Source: Verrucomicrobiota bacterium (GTDB lineage: Bacteria > Verrucomicrobiota > Verrucomicrobiia > Limisphaerales > UBA11358). From it: a stretch of 64,000 nucleotides of DNA. Below are positions 36,682 through 44,281 of this stretch, piece by piece. A program made the translations under genes and the position numbers. The DNA lies in the NCBI GenBank assembly GCA_049510395.1, contig JBEKYY010000016.1:3095-67094 (forward strand), written 5' to 3'. Within the stretch, counting starts at the first letter, position 1, and every line of letters begins with the position of its first letter. The notes beneath the pieces were generated by a model. The model was not told where the DNA came from, made no database searches, and was given only the letters and a program-made list of their open reading frames with translations.

Positions 36682-37701
36682 TCATTCCCGCCCGGCCGCG
36701 GCGATGAAGGGCTTCAATTCCTTCATCAGCTTCGCGAACATGTCGAACGATACTTGTTGCGCGCCGTCGCTCCAGGCTTCCGCCGGGTTGGGATGCACCT
36801 CGATCAACAACGCGTCCGCGCCCATGGCCACCGCGCCCTTGCACATCGCTGTCACCAAGTCCGCGCGCCCGGCGCCCTGGCTCGGGTCAATCACGATCGG
36901 ACAGTGCGATTCGCGCTTGATGATGGGGATGGCCGAAAGGTCCAGCGTGTTGCGCGTGTAGGTTTCGAACGTGCGGATGCCGCGTTCGCAGAACAGGAGA
37001 TTCGGATTTTCATTGGCGAGCACATATTCGCCCGCGAGCAGCCATTCCTCGATTCTCATGGAGAGTCCGCGCTTGAGCAGAACCGGCTTACCGGTCCGGG
37101 CGGCGGCGATGAGGAGCTGGAAGTTCTGTGAATTGCGCGCGCCGATCTGGATGATGTCCGTGTATTCGGCCACCAGTTCGGCGTGGTTTTCAGAAAGCAA
37201 TTCGGTGATGACGGCCAGCCCGGTGAGGCGCCGCGCCTTGTCGAGCAGCTTCAGGCCTTTCTCGCCCAGTCCCTGGAATTCGTACGGGGACGTGCGCGGC
37301 TTGAACGCCCCACCGCGCAGGAAGGTCGCCCCGGCGGCCTTCACCGCCTCGGCGGTCCGGAGCAGCTGTTTCTCGCTTTCGACCGAGCATGGCCCGGCCA
37401 TGACGTGGAATGATTTGCCGCCGATGACGTGTTCGCGGACGCGGATGACAGAATTGGCCGGGTGCGCCTCGCGGCTGACGAGTTTGTAACGTTTCTGGAT
37501 GGGCGTGACGCTTTCGACCGCGCCCGGGAATTGCGAGACCAGCGTTTCGAGATTGGCATGGGTGAGTTCGTCGCCGATGGCGCCGATGACGGTGCGCGCC
37601 ACGCCGCGCATGACGTGGGGGATGTAGCCGAGTCGGCGGATTTCCTTGAGGACGGAGCGCTCCTCCTTCCTCGAAATCCGGGGTTTAAGCACGATGATCA
37701 T
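36682..37701 (-). CDS. aroF: 3-deoxy-7-phosphoheptulonate (DAHP) synthase, type I-beta with N-terminal ferredoxin-like regulatory domain
   Basis: MIIVLKP... N-domain, then AGPCSVES, LRGGAFKPRTSPY.FQGLG, IQIGARN and IVIDPSQG. Confidence 0.92.
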   Translation of the reverse strand: MIIVLKPRISRKEERSVLKEIRRLGYIPHVMRGVARTVIGAIGDELTHANLETLVSQFPGAVESVTPIQKRYKLVSREAHPANSVIRVREHVIGGKSFHVMAGPCSVESEKQLLRTAEAVKAAGATFLRGGAFKPRTSPYEFQGLGEKGLKLLDKARRLTGLAVITELLSENHAELVAEYTDIIQIGARNSQNFQLLIAAARTGKPVLLKRGLSMRIEEWLLAGEYVLANENPNLLFCERGIRTFETYTRNTLDLSAIPIIKRESHCPIVIDPSQGAGRADLVTAMCKGAVAMGADALLIEVHPNPAEAWSDGAQQVSFDMFAKLMKELKPFIAAAGRE

Positions 37702-37730
37702 AGGTTTTTTACGGTTTGACCGAAGGTTGC

Positions 37731-37770
37731 CAAAACAAAAACGCCGCAGGCGTCCTGGCGACCTGCGGCG
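37731..37770 (-). terminator. intrinsic terminator/attenuator hairpin in the aroF leader
   Basis: The minus-strand RNA is CGCCGCAGG-UCGCCAGGACG-CCUGCGGCG followed by UUUUUGUUUU. It ends about 30 nt before the aroF ATG (37701). Confidence 0.65.
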
Positions 37771-37788
37771 ATTTGTTTGGTTAAAGTT

Positions 37789-37884
37789 CTATCGCAGCCG
37801 CAAGTGCGCGCTTACCGCCCAAAACCAATAAAAGAAATACTGGCTGCTGGCTGCGTTGTTCACTTGCTTGCTGCTGCTGTTCAC
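37789..37884 (-). CDS. candidate aroF leader peptide rich in aromatic codons
   Basis: My own minus-strand translation: GTG-NSSSKQVNNAASSQYFFYWFWAVSAHLRLR-TAG. Seven consecutive Tyr/Phe/Trp codons are present (tat ttc ttt tat tgg ttt tgg). The stop lies 18 nt before the terminator stem. The start codon is uncertain (GTG at 37884 or the in-frame GTG at 37863). Confidence 0.6.
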   Translation of the reverse strand: MNSSSKQVNNAASSQYFFYWFWAVSAHLRLR

Positions 37885-37890
37885 GAGACT

Positions 37891-37918
37891 AGGATAACAG
37901 GACTGGCCCCGCTGTCAA
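37891..37918 (-). promoter_or_regulatory. candidate sigma70-type promoter for the aroF leader
   Basis: On the minus strand: TTGACA (37918..37913), a 16-nt spacer, then TATCCT (37896..37891). Confidence 0.35.
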
Positions 37919-37972
37919 GCATGGAGGCGGGGCCTGCAGGTGCATCAAGCGCATCCCAATTTTTGCGTGTCT

Positions 37973-38124
37973 CTGATTAGCACCCGGCTTCAGCCGGGTG
38001 AAATCCAGTTATCATTTGGATTAAACCCGTTTCAACGGGTTTTCCCTCGCGCACAAAAGCCGTTGAAACGGCTTCCTGATGCTCTGCGACCGTCATCACC
38101 GGGCTGAAGCCCGGTGCTAATGAG
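37973..38124 (-). repeat. family A MITE-like element, copy 2 (opposite orientation to copy 1)
   Basis: ctgattagcacccggcttcagccgggtga ... aaacccgtttcaacgggttt ... aagccgttgaaacggctt ... tcaccgggctgaagcccggtgctaatgag. Confidence 0.75.
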
Positions 38125-38147
38125 AATGCTCCACTTTCCGAACAAAA

Positions 38148-39257
38148 TCAGACATTGAACTTGAACAGCAGCACGTCGCCGTCCTTGACGACGTAATCGC
38201 GGCCTTCGATGCGGTAGTGGCCGGTTTCGCGGGCGTGGCCCACCGAGCCGCTCTTCACCAGATCATCCCAGTTCACCGTCTCCGCCTTGATGAACCCGCG
38301 CTCGAAGTCGGTGTGAATGGTGCCGGCGGCTTTCACCGCCGTGTCGCCGGCGTGAATCGTCCATGCCCGGACCTCTTTTTCGTTGAAGGTGAAAAACGTC
38401 CGCAGGCCGAGCACATGATATGCGGCGCGAATGAGCTGGCCGGCGCCGGATTCGGCCACGCCGAGTTCCTGCAAAAATTCCTTCGCTTCGTCCGGCGATA
38501 AATCCACCAGGTCGCTTTCAATCTGCGCGCTGACGACGACGGCTTCGCAGGCGAGATGCGTCTTCACGTGGTCGCGCACCTTTTGGACGAACGGATTTTT
38601 ATCGGCGGTGGCAAGGTCATTTTCCTTGACGTTGCAGACGAAGACGGTTGGCTTGTCGGTCAGCAGGAAAAAACTGCGCTGGATGATTTTCTCATCCGGC
38701 GACATCGGCAGCGCAAACGTATTGGCCGGTTTGCCCGTGTCCAGATGGGCGTCAATCTTTTCCAGCAGGTGGTCCTCCAGCAACGCGTGTTTGTCGCCGC
38801 GTTTCACGTCCTTGGCGATTTTTTCCCGCCGCTTTTTGACCGCTTCGATGTCCGCCAGCACCAGTTCGGTGGTGACGATTTCAATGTCGCGCACCGGGTC
38901 CACGCTGCCCGTGACGTGGACGATGTCAGGATCCTCGAAGCAGCGGACGACATGCAGGATGGCGTCCACTTCGCGGATGTGGCTTAAAAATTTATTACCC
39001 AGGCCTTCGCCGTGCGACGAGCCTTTCACGAGACCGGCGATGTCCACGAATTCAATCGTCGTGGGAATGAGGGTCTGGGTTTTCGCAATCTTTGCGAGCG
39101 GTTCGAGCCGCGGCTCCGGCACGGAGACGACCCCGAGGTTCGGCTCGATGGTGCAAAAGGGGTAATTCTCCGCCGGCGCCTTGTGCGAGCGGGTGACGGC
39201 ATTGAACAACGTGGATTTCCCGACGTTGGGCAGACCGACGATTCCAGCTTTTAACAT
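38148..39257 (-). CDS. ychF: redox-regulated ATPase YchF
   Basis: MLKAGIVGLPNVGKSTLFNA..., DIAGLVKGSSHGEGLGN, and a C-terminal TGS-like domain ...DGDVLLFKFNV. Confidence 0.95.
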   Translation of the reverse strand: MLKAGIVGLPNVGKSTLFNAVTRSHKAPAENYPFCTIEPNLGVVSVPEPRLEPLAKIAKTQTLIPTTIEFVDIAGLVKGSSHGEGLGNKFLSHIREVDAILHVVRCFEDPDIVHVTGSVDPVRDIEIVTTELVLADIEAVKKRREKIAKDVKRGDKHALLEDHLLEKIDAHLDTGKPANTFALPMSPDEKIIQRSFFLLTDKPTVFVCNVKENDLATADKNPFVQKVRDHVKTHLACEAVVVSAQIESDLVDLSPDEAKEFLQELGVAESGAGQLIRAAYHVLGLRTFFTFNEKEVRAWTIHAGDTAVKAAGTIHTDFERGFIKAETVNWDDLVKSGSVGHARETGHYRIEGRDYVVKDGDVLLFKFNV

Positions 39258-39293
39258 GGTTTGATGGTGGAAAAATTTTCGCGCGCCGGCATC

Positions 39294-39989
39294 TCAAATT
39301 CCATGTCTATATCGCGCCAACTGCAACGCGATGAGCGCGCCGTGATAAAATCCCAGCACGAGCAGGCAAATGCCGGAGAAATGCTCCATGCGCAGGAGCG
39401 TTCGTTCGCTCAACCGGCCCTGACCGCGCGACGACATCCAGCTCACCACAAAAAACCACAGGTTCGCGCCCAGCGCAACGCCGGCGATGCAGGCGAACCT
39501 CCCGGCCAATGTTTCATCAACCCAATCGCGCGACATGAAGTTGGCCGCGAGCACGATCCAAAACAACAACACGCCGAGGTTGCCCAGCACGCGCGTGAAA
39601 CCGGTCATGAACGCCGAGTGCGGATGCAATTTTTCGCCGATGCGCTGTTCAATCCGGCTGGCCGTCGCGCCGAATTGCGTGGGCGCGATCACCGTTTTCG
39701 CGGAGAGAAATTTCACGCCCAGAAACAGCATGAAGACGAAGGTGAACACTTCCATTGACGCTTTTACCATGCGATTGCCGAAAAATGACGAAAAACCCGT
39801 GAACGCAATCGTGCAATAAATCACATCCATCGTCGCCGCGCCGAGGCCGATGAGCATCGCCCATTTGAACCCGCGCTGCGCGCCGCCATTGATGATGGTG
39901 AGATTCACGGGGCCGACGGGCATCGAGAGCAGCAGGCCGCTGATGAAGCCCGTCAGGGCGGAAAACAAAATGGCCTGAATTTCCGGCAT
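39294..39989 (-). CDS. LysE/RhtB-family amino-acid exporter-like membrane protein
   Basis: Six TM segments and the N-terminal block GFISGLLLSMPVGPVNLTIINGG. Confidence 0.75.
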   Translation of the reverse strand: MPEIQAILFSALTGFISGLLLSMPVGPVNLTIINGGAQRGFKWAMLIGLGAATMDVIYCTIAFTGFSSFFGNRMVKASMEVFTFVFMLFLGVKFLSAKTVIAPTQFGATASRIEQRIGEKLHPHSAFMTGFTRVLGNLGVLLFWIVLAANFMSRDWVDETLAGRFACIAGVALGANLWFFVVSWMSSRGQGRLSERTLLRMEHFSGICLLVLGFYHGALIALQLARYRHGI

Positions 39990-39994
39990 GGTTT

Positions 39995-40879
39995 TCAGGG
40001 GGCGGATTCCGGCTCGTCGTCGTCCTCCTCTTCAATTTCCCGGCGCCAGGCGCGTGAGAGGCGGGGCCGCACGAAGCCGTAGATGAGATACAGTGTGAAG
40101 AATGCGGGCAGGACGAACACCAAGATTTTTTCCCGCAAAACGATCACGCAGCCGACAAACAAAATTCCCACCAGCGTTTTGGTGAAGGTCCGGGTCGCGC
40201 GCAGGTCCAGCGATTTGAAGCTGGGATAACGCACCTGGCTTACCATCATCCACGACAGGAACAGCAGCAGCACCGGCAGCAGAAACCGCCATTTGCCCCG
40301 GGGAAACTCCTTTTCCTCCACCCACATCATGAACAGTGTCAACGACGCCACCAGAGCCGCCGCCGAGGGAATGGGGAAACCGACAAATTCCCGGCCGCTG
40401 CCGCCCGGCTGCAGGGACAGCACGTTGAATCGCGCCAGGCGGAAAGCGCCGCAAATCAGGTAAATCGAGGCGATGAACCAGCCGATTTCAGGATGTTCCG
40501 GCCACACGTCGCGCAACACGATGCGGTGCACCAGGAACGCCGGCGCGGCGCCGAAGGAAATCAAGTCGGCCAGTGAATCGAATTCGCGGCCAAACGGGCT
40601 GTCGGCGCCGCCCCAGCGCGCCACGCGCCCGTCCAACAAATCACACACGCACGCGAACAAAATGAAGATGAGCGCGAGGTAAATCTGGCTGACATAATTG
40701 TCGGCGACCGGATCGGCCTCGACGATTTTGGTCAGCGCCACAAAGCCGCAGAACAGATTGCCCGCCGTCAGCAGGTTCGGCAGAAAATAAATTTTCAACC
40801 GGCTCTCGTCCGAATCGTCGGGCGGCGGTGTTGGAGAAATCGGTTCGCTCATTTGATTCTCAATTGGATGATTCTGCAT
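39995..40879 (-). CDS. pssA: CDP-diacylglycerol--serine O-phosphatidyltransferase
   Basis: The CDP-alcohol phosphatidyltransferase motif DLLDGRVARWGGADSPFGREFDSLADLISFG. The alternative ATG at 40852 is possible. Confidence 0.9.
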   Translation of the reverse strand: MQNHPIENQMSEPISPTPPPDDSDESRLKIYFLPNLLTAGNLFCGFVALTKIVEADPVADNYVSQIYLALIFILFACVCDLLDGRVARWGGADSPFGREFDSLADLISFGAAPAFLVHRIVLRDVWPEHPEIGWFIASIYLICGAFRLARFNVLSLQPGGSGREFVGFPIPSAAALVASLTLFMMWVEEKEFPRGKWRFLLPVLLLFLSWMMVSQVRYPSFKSLDLRATRTFTKTLVGILFVGCVIVLREKILVFVLPAFFTLYLIYGFVRPRLSRAWRREIEEEDDDEPESAP

Positions 40880-40892
40880 TATGCCGTGACTT

Positions 40893-41040
40893 TCTCACCG
40901 ACACCGCGGCTTCAGCCCGGTGCTTTGATGCGTCGTAAATCCACAGCCGTTTCAACGGCTTTTCATGATTCGAAGCCGTTGAAACGGCCATCTTCCCATC
41001 GGCCGCAGTTAACACCACGCTAAAGCAGGGTGTTAATGAG
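40893..41040. repeat. family A MITE-like element, copy 3 (degenerate), between psd and pssA
   Basis: caccgcggcttcagcccggtgc ... cagccgtttcaacggctt ... gaagccgttgaaacggcc ... cagggtgttaatgag. Confidence 0.55.
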
Positions 41041-41074
41041 ATTCCGTTCAATTGAAAATGTTGAAAATTCATTG

Positions 41075-41764
41075 TCAACCAAACGCGGCAATCACGGTTT
41101 CGCCGCCGATGACCTTGTCGCCCAGATTCACTTTGATTTTGGCGCGGCTTGGCAGATAAACCTCCACGCGCGACCCGAATTGAATCAGGCTGATGCGTTC
41201 GCCGCGCTGGACGGTGTCGTTTTGGACGATCCACGGCACGATGCGGCGGGCGATGAGACCGGCGATGAGGCGCACACCGACCTTTTCGCCGCGCGGCTCG
41301 GCGGCGTCAAGGCCAATGAGCACGTTCTCGTTGAATTTCGCGCAGTCGGTCTTCATCGCGTTGAGATATTGACCGGGTGTATGTCTGAAAAAAGCGACCC
41401 GGCCCGTCAGCGGCGCGTATTGGACATGAATATCAATCACCGAGAGAAAAATCGAGATGCGCTGGCATTCGCCACCCATGAATTCCGTCTCGGTCGTCGT
41501 ATCAATCACATCCACCTTGCCGTGGCCGGGCGCAATGACGAGGTCGGAGCCCGTCGGCACCATCGGATCGGGATCGCGGAAGAAATAAAAGGTGAAGACG
41601 ATGAACAACATCCAAAGTCCGACAAGCGCCCACGTCAGGTAATGCAGTACAAACGCCCCGATGTATTTGGCCAGCCAGGCGCCCACCAACAGCGCGATCA
41701 CTGCCGCACCGGACAAACCGATGAGGCGCAGTGCGGCAAGCACGGCTTTTCCCGAGTGTTTCAC
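41075..41764 (-). CDS. psd: phosphatidylserine decarboxylase proenzyme (short, membrane-anchored form)
   Basis: DLVIAPGHGKV, ISIFLSVIDIHVQYAPL, and the self-cleavage site ...LIQFGSRVEV (G-S). The start is uncertain: a GTG at 41764 gives ~230 aa, while the listed ORF extends to 41869. Confidence 0.8.
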   Translation of the reverse strand: MKHSGKAVLAALRLIGLSGAAVIALLVGAWLAKYIGAFVLHYLTWALVGLWMLFIVFTFYFFRDPDPMVPTGSDLVIAPGHGKVDVIDTTTETEFMGGECQRISIFLSVIDIHVQYAPLTGRVAFFRHTPGQYLNAMKTDCAKFNENVLIGLDAAEPRGEKVGVRLIAGLIARRIVPWIVQNDTVQRGERISLIQFGSRVEVYLPSRAKIKVNLGDKVIGGETVIAAFG

Positions 41765-41881
41765 GCGACCAAGGTAAAAATTTCGCGCCCCACTTGCAAT
41801 TCGGCATTTTCGGGGCAATTTTAGCGGGTTGTAAAATGAAATGCGATAAATTGAAATTAAAACCAACAAACCAAAACGATT

Positions 41882-42325
41882 ATGTCATTGCACACCCCTG
41901 ATCTGACCAAGCAACCGCCGCGCAGCCCGCGCGTGCGGCTGGGCGGTTACGTGATTCTGCCGCGCTGCCTCGACAAGGGCCGCGCAACCCTCGCCGGCAA
42001 AAACGGCGATTACCATTACGCCTGCCCGCTCGACCAGCAGTTTTTGACGTTCGCAGGCATTGACCCCGAAGCATTGAAGAAGGAATTAAAGAAAAGCGAC
42101 ACCGAGGTCCTGGAATGGATCAACGCTCATGCGAAGCATAAACGCACCGCACCGGAAATCGCCGCATGGTCGGCGTGGCAGGAACAGCGCGCGCCGGACA
42201 ATCCGGATTCACGCGAATTTTTCAACGGATTGCACAAGAGCGGCGCACCCAAGCGCACCGACATTGTGACATGGTTCGATTTGCTCGACTTGGACGACTA
42301 CGTGAGTTTCGGCGGCAAGGGCTGA
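41882..42325 (+). CDS. DUF5069-like protein
   Basis: PRSPRVRLGGYVILPRCLDKGRATLAGKNGDYHYACPLDQQFLTFAGID. Confidence 0.6.
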   Translation: MSLHTPDLTKQPPRSPRVRLGGYVILPRCLDKGRATLAGKNGDYHYACPLDQQFLTFAGIDPEALKKELKKSDTEVLEWINAHAKHKRTAPEIAAWSAWQEQRAPDNPDSREFFNGLHKSGAPKRTDIVTWFDLLDLDDYVSFGGKG

Positions 42326-42345
42326 AAAGTTTCAATCGCCAAGGC

Positions 42346-42391
42346 ACAAAGGCGCAAAGGGGTAAAACACTTTGCGCCTTTTGTGTTTTTA
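42346..42391. terminator. bidirectional rho-independent terminator between convergent genes
   Basis: cacaaaggcgcaaag-gggtaaaaca-ctttgcgccttttgtg followed by ttttt. The stem is built from family E-like GCCAAGGCACAAAGGCGCAAAG sequence. Confidence 0.6.
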
Positions 42392-44248
42392 AGAAGTTGA
42401 AACGGCCGCCGCCGTTCCATTCGGCGCAGTGGCTGCAGCCCGGAAAGCTTCGATACGTTCGATGCGATGCCGGCGTTTCGCACCGTGCAGCTCAAATTCC
42501 ACTTCGTCACCAACCTTGTTGTTGAGCAATGACTGTGCGACGGGTGTGAGATAGCTGATGATGCCCTTGTCCGGGTCGGAGTCCCAGGCGCCAAGAATGG
42601 TGAACGTTTCCGGCTGGTTCGCGCCCAGATCGGTGGCCCGCACAATCGTGCCGATGCTGACGATGTCGGTACGCACGTTGGAAAAATCCGTGCCACGGGC
42701 GCGGGTGAGCTGCGTTTCGAGTTCGTCCTTGCGGCGCATGAGCATTTTCTGCATTTCCTTTGCGGCCTTGTATTCGTGATTTTCGCTGAGGTCGCCGTAA
42801 CTGCGGGCGAGGGCAATTTCCCGGGAGTTGGCGGGGATTTTCTTCTGCACCAGTTCCTGATACTCGGCCTTGCGGCGTTCGAGACTCTCCCACGAAACCA
42901 GCATCGAGCTGTCCTGTTTGGCCTGTTCGCCGGTGATGAGCGATTGGACGGCGGGATGGCTTTTGACGAGCCGCGCCAGGAGCGAACGTTTGTCCATGTC
43001 ATCGAACACCGGCGACAGTTGCAATGCGCGGGTGAGGTCCTTGACAACATCGATGTCGGCGGACGCGGTCAACTCGGCCAGCAATTCGTGGTCGTCCAAA
43101 ATGAATTCGCGCAGCCGGTTCGAGCGCTTTTCGTTGAATTGATCCCGTTCCATTGCGGTGAGCATCGCGCGAAAAACTTCCGGCCCGAGAATGTCGGCAA
43201 AGGCATCGCTGCGTTCTCGTCCGAGCCAGAGCAACAGTTCGCTGCCCGCCGTGTGCTGGTTGATCAGCCGCGAGAGCGTTTCCTTGAGCAAATCCATCTT
43301 GCCCTCCTGAATCAGCAAATTGGCAAACTCGCGGCACAATTTCGCGGAAACGAAATTCAGCGAACCGCGCAGCACTTCATGCCAGCGCTCGGGATTCGCA
43401 GCCTTGAACGACCCCAGCGCGTGATGATGTTTCGCGGCGGGAATCTGTTCCAGCACCGGACCGAATTTGATGTCCTGCGACCAGAGTTGCGCGGCGGTAA
43501 TTTCGTCGGCCGCCGGTTGCAACCCGGCGATTTCGCGCAATTCGTCGCGCGCAAAAATGGCCTCCAGCGCGACCGACGGCTGCGTGCGTTGATACGACAC
43601 AATGTCCGCGTTCAGCGTGGCCATGATTTCGCCGGCAGCGGCCTGCTTGTCGGCCAGGTCCGAAGCGCTTTTCGACAATTCGCCGACGACTGCCACGCGC
43701 GCCTTCAAACCTTTCGCCGCGCGAAAATTCGCCATCAACCGGTCTTGCAAGGAAGTTTCCTTGGCTTGATAGACGACCGGCTCGGTTTTTTTCAGCGGCA
43801 CGATGAAGTGTCCGTCCTTTTTCATTTCACGCCGCGCGGTTTCCCACCATTTTTTCCAATCGTCGCGAATAACATCCGGCACGAGCGCCTGCTGAATCTG
43901 GTCCGCCATCGCCTTGCCGCCGTAGCTGTTCAGCACAAGCTTGATCAAATCGAGATGATGCGCGGCCATCTGGCGCAGGCTTTCCAGATCGTTGGCCTTG
44001 CGCGCGAGAATGTGATCCTTGGGAATCGGTTTGAGGCTTTCGACGGCGAAGCCCAAATCCATTGTGTGTCCCGGTTTGCCGGCGAAATCAATGGTGAACC
44101 GCGCAAAAACCGTGTCCACCGTTTTGATGCGCCCGAAGCCCCAACTGCGATGCATGCAGCAGCCGCTTTCCGCCAGCAACGTCAGCGGCTCCACGTGCCG
44201 CCCTTCGATTTTTCCCGCCGCCGCCAATTTCTCGAATTCTTCTCTCAT
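42389..44248 (-). CDS. GreA/GreB-family factor with a ~450-aa N-terminal extension
   Basis: The C-terminal 160 aa read ...ARSYGDLSENHEYKAAKEMQKMLMRRKDELETQL...SIGTIVRATDL...ILGAWDSDPDKGIISYLTPVAQSLLNNKVGDEV. The N-terminus (HRSWGFGRIKTVD...FTIDFAGKPGHTMDL..AVESLKPI) looks like a CarD/TRCF-RID-type Tudor domain. Confidence 0.8.
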   Translation of the reverse strand: MREEFEKLAAAGKIEGRHVEPLTLLAESGCCMHRSWGFGRIKTVDTVFARFTIDFAGKPGHTMDLGFAVESLKPIPKDHILARKANDLESLRQMAAHHLDLIKLVLNSYGGKAMADQIQQALVPDVIRDDWKKWWETARREMKKDGHFIVPLKKTEPVVYQAKETSLQDRLMANFRAAKGLKARVAVVGELSKSASDLADKQAAAGEIMATLNADIVSYQRTQPSVALEAIFARDELREIAGLQPAADEITAAQLWSQDIKFGPVLEQIPAAKHHHALGSFKAANPERWHEVLRGSLNFVSAKLCREFANLLIQEGKMDLLKETLSRLINQHTAGSELLLWLGRERSDAFADILGPEVFRAMLTAMERDQFNEKRSNRLREFILDDHELLAELTASADIDVVKDLTRALQLSPVFDDMDKRSLLARLVKSHPAVQSLITGEQAKQDSSMLVSWESLERRKAEYQELVQKKIPANSREIALARSYGDLSENHEYKAAKEMQKMLMRRKDELETQLTRARGTDFSNVRTDIVSIGTIVRATDLGANQPETFTILGAWDSDPDKGIISYLTPVAQSLLNNKVGDEVEFELHGAKRRHRIERIEAFRAAATAPNGTAAAVSTS

Positions 44249-44281
44249 AAAAGCCTTTTAATCTCGCGTCCCAAAAGTCGT

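Noticed and set aside
42776-44281. The upstream two-thirds of the 1002-aa + ORF 42776..45784.
   Set aside because: It is the antisense shadow of the greA-like gene (42389..44248,-). The translation is Arg/Gly/Phe-rich with no motifs, and a proper ATG at 44282 starts a canonical RsmB. Other long shadow ORFs opposite well-supported genes were rejected for the same reason. These include 2..577(+), 3613..4431(-), 7495..8271(+), 24324..25625(-), 27458..28825(-), 28898..29677(-), 47606..49042(+), 49844..50830(-), 55713..56678(-), 60163..60948(-) and 60958..61857(-).
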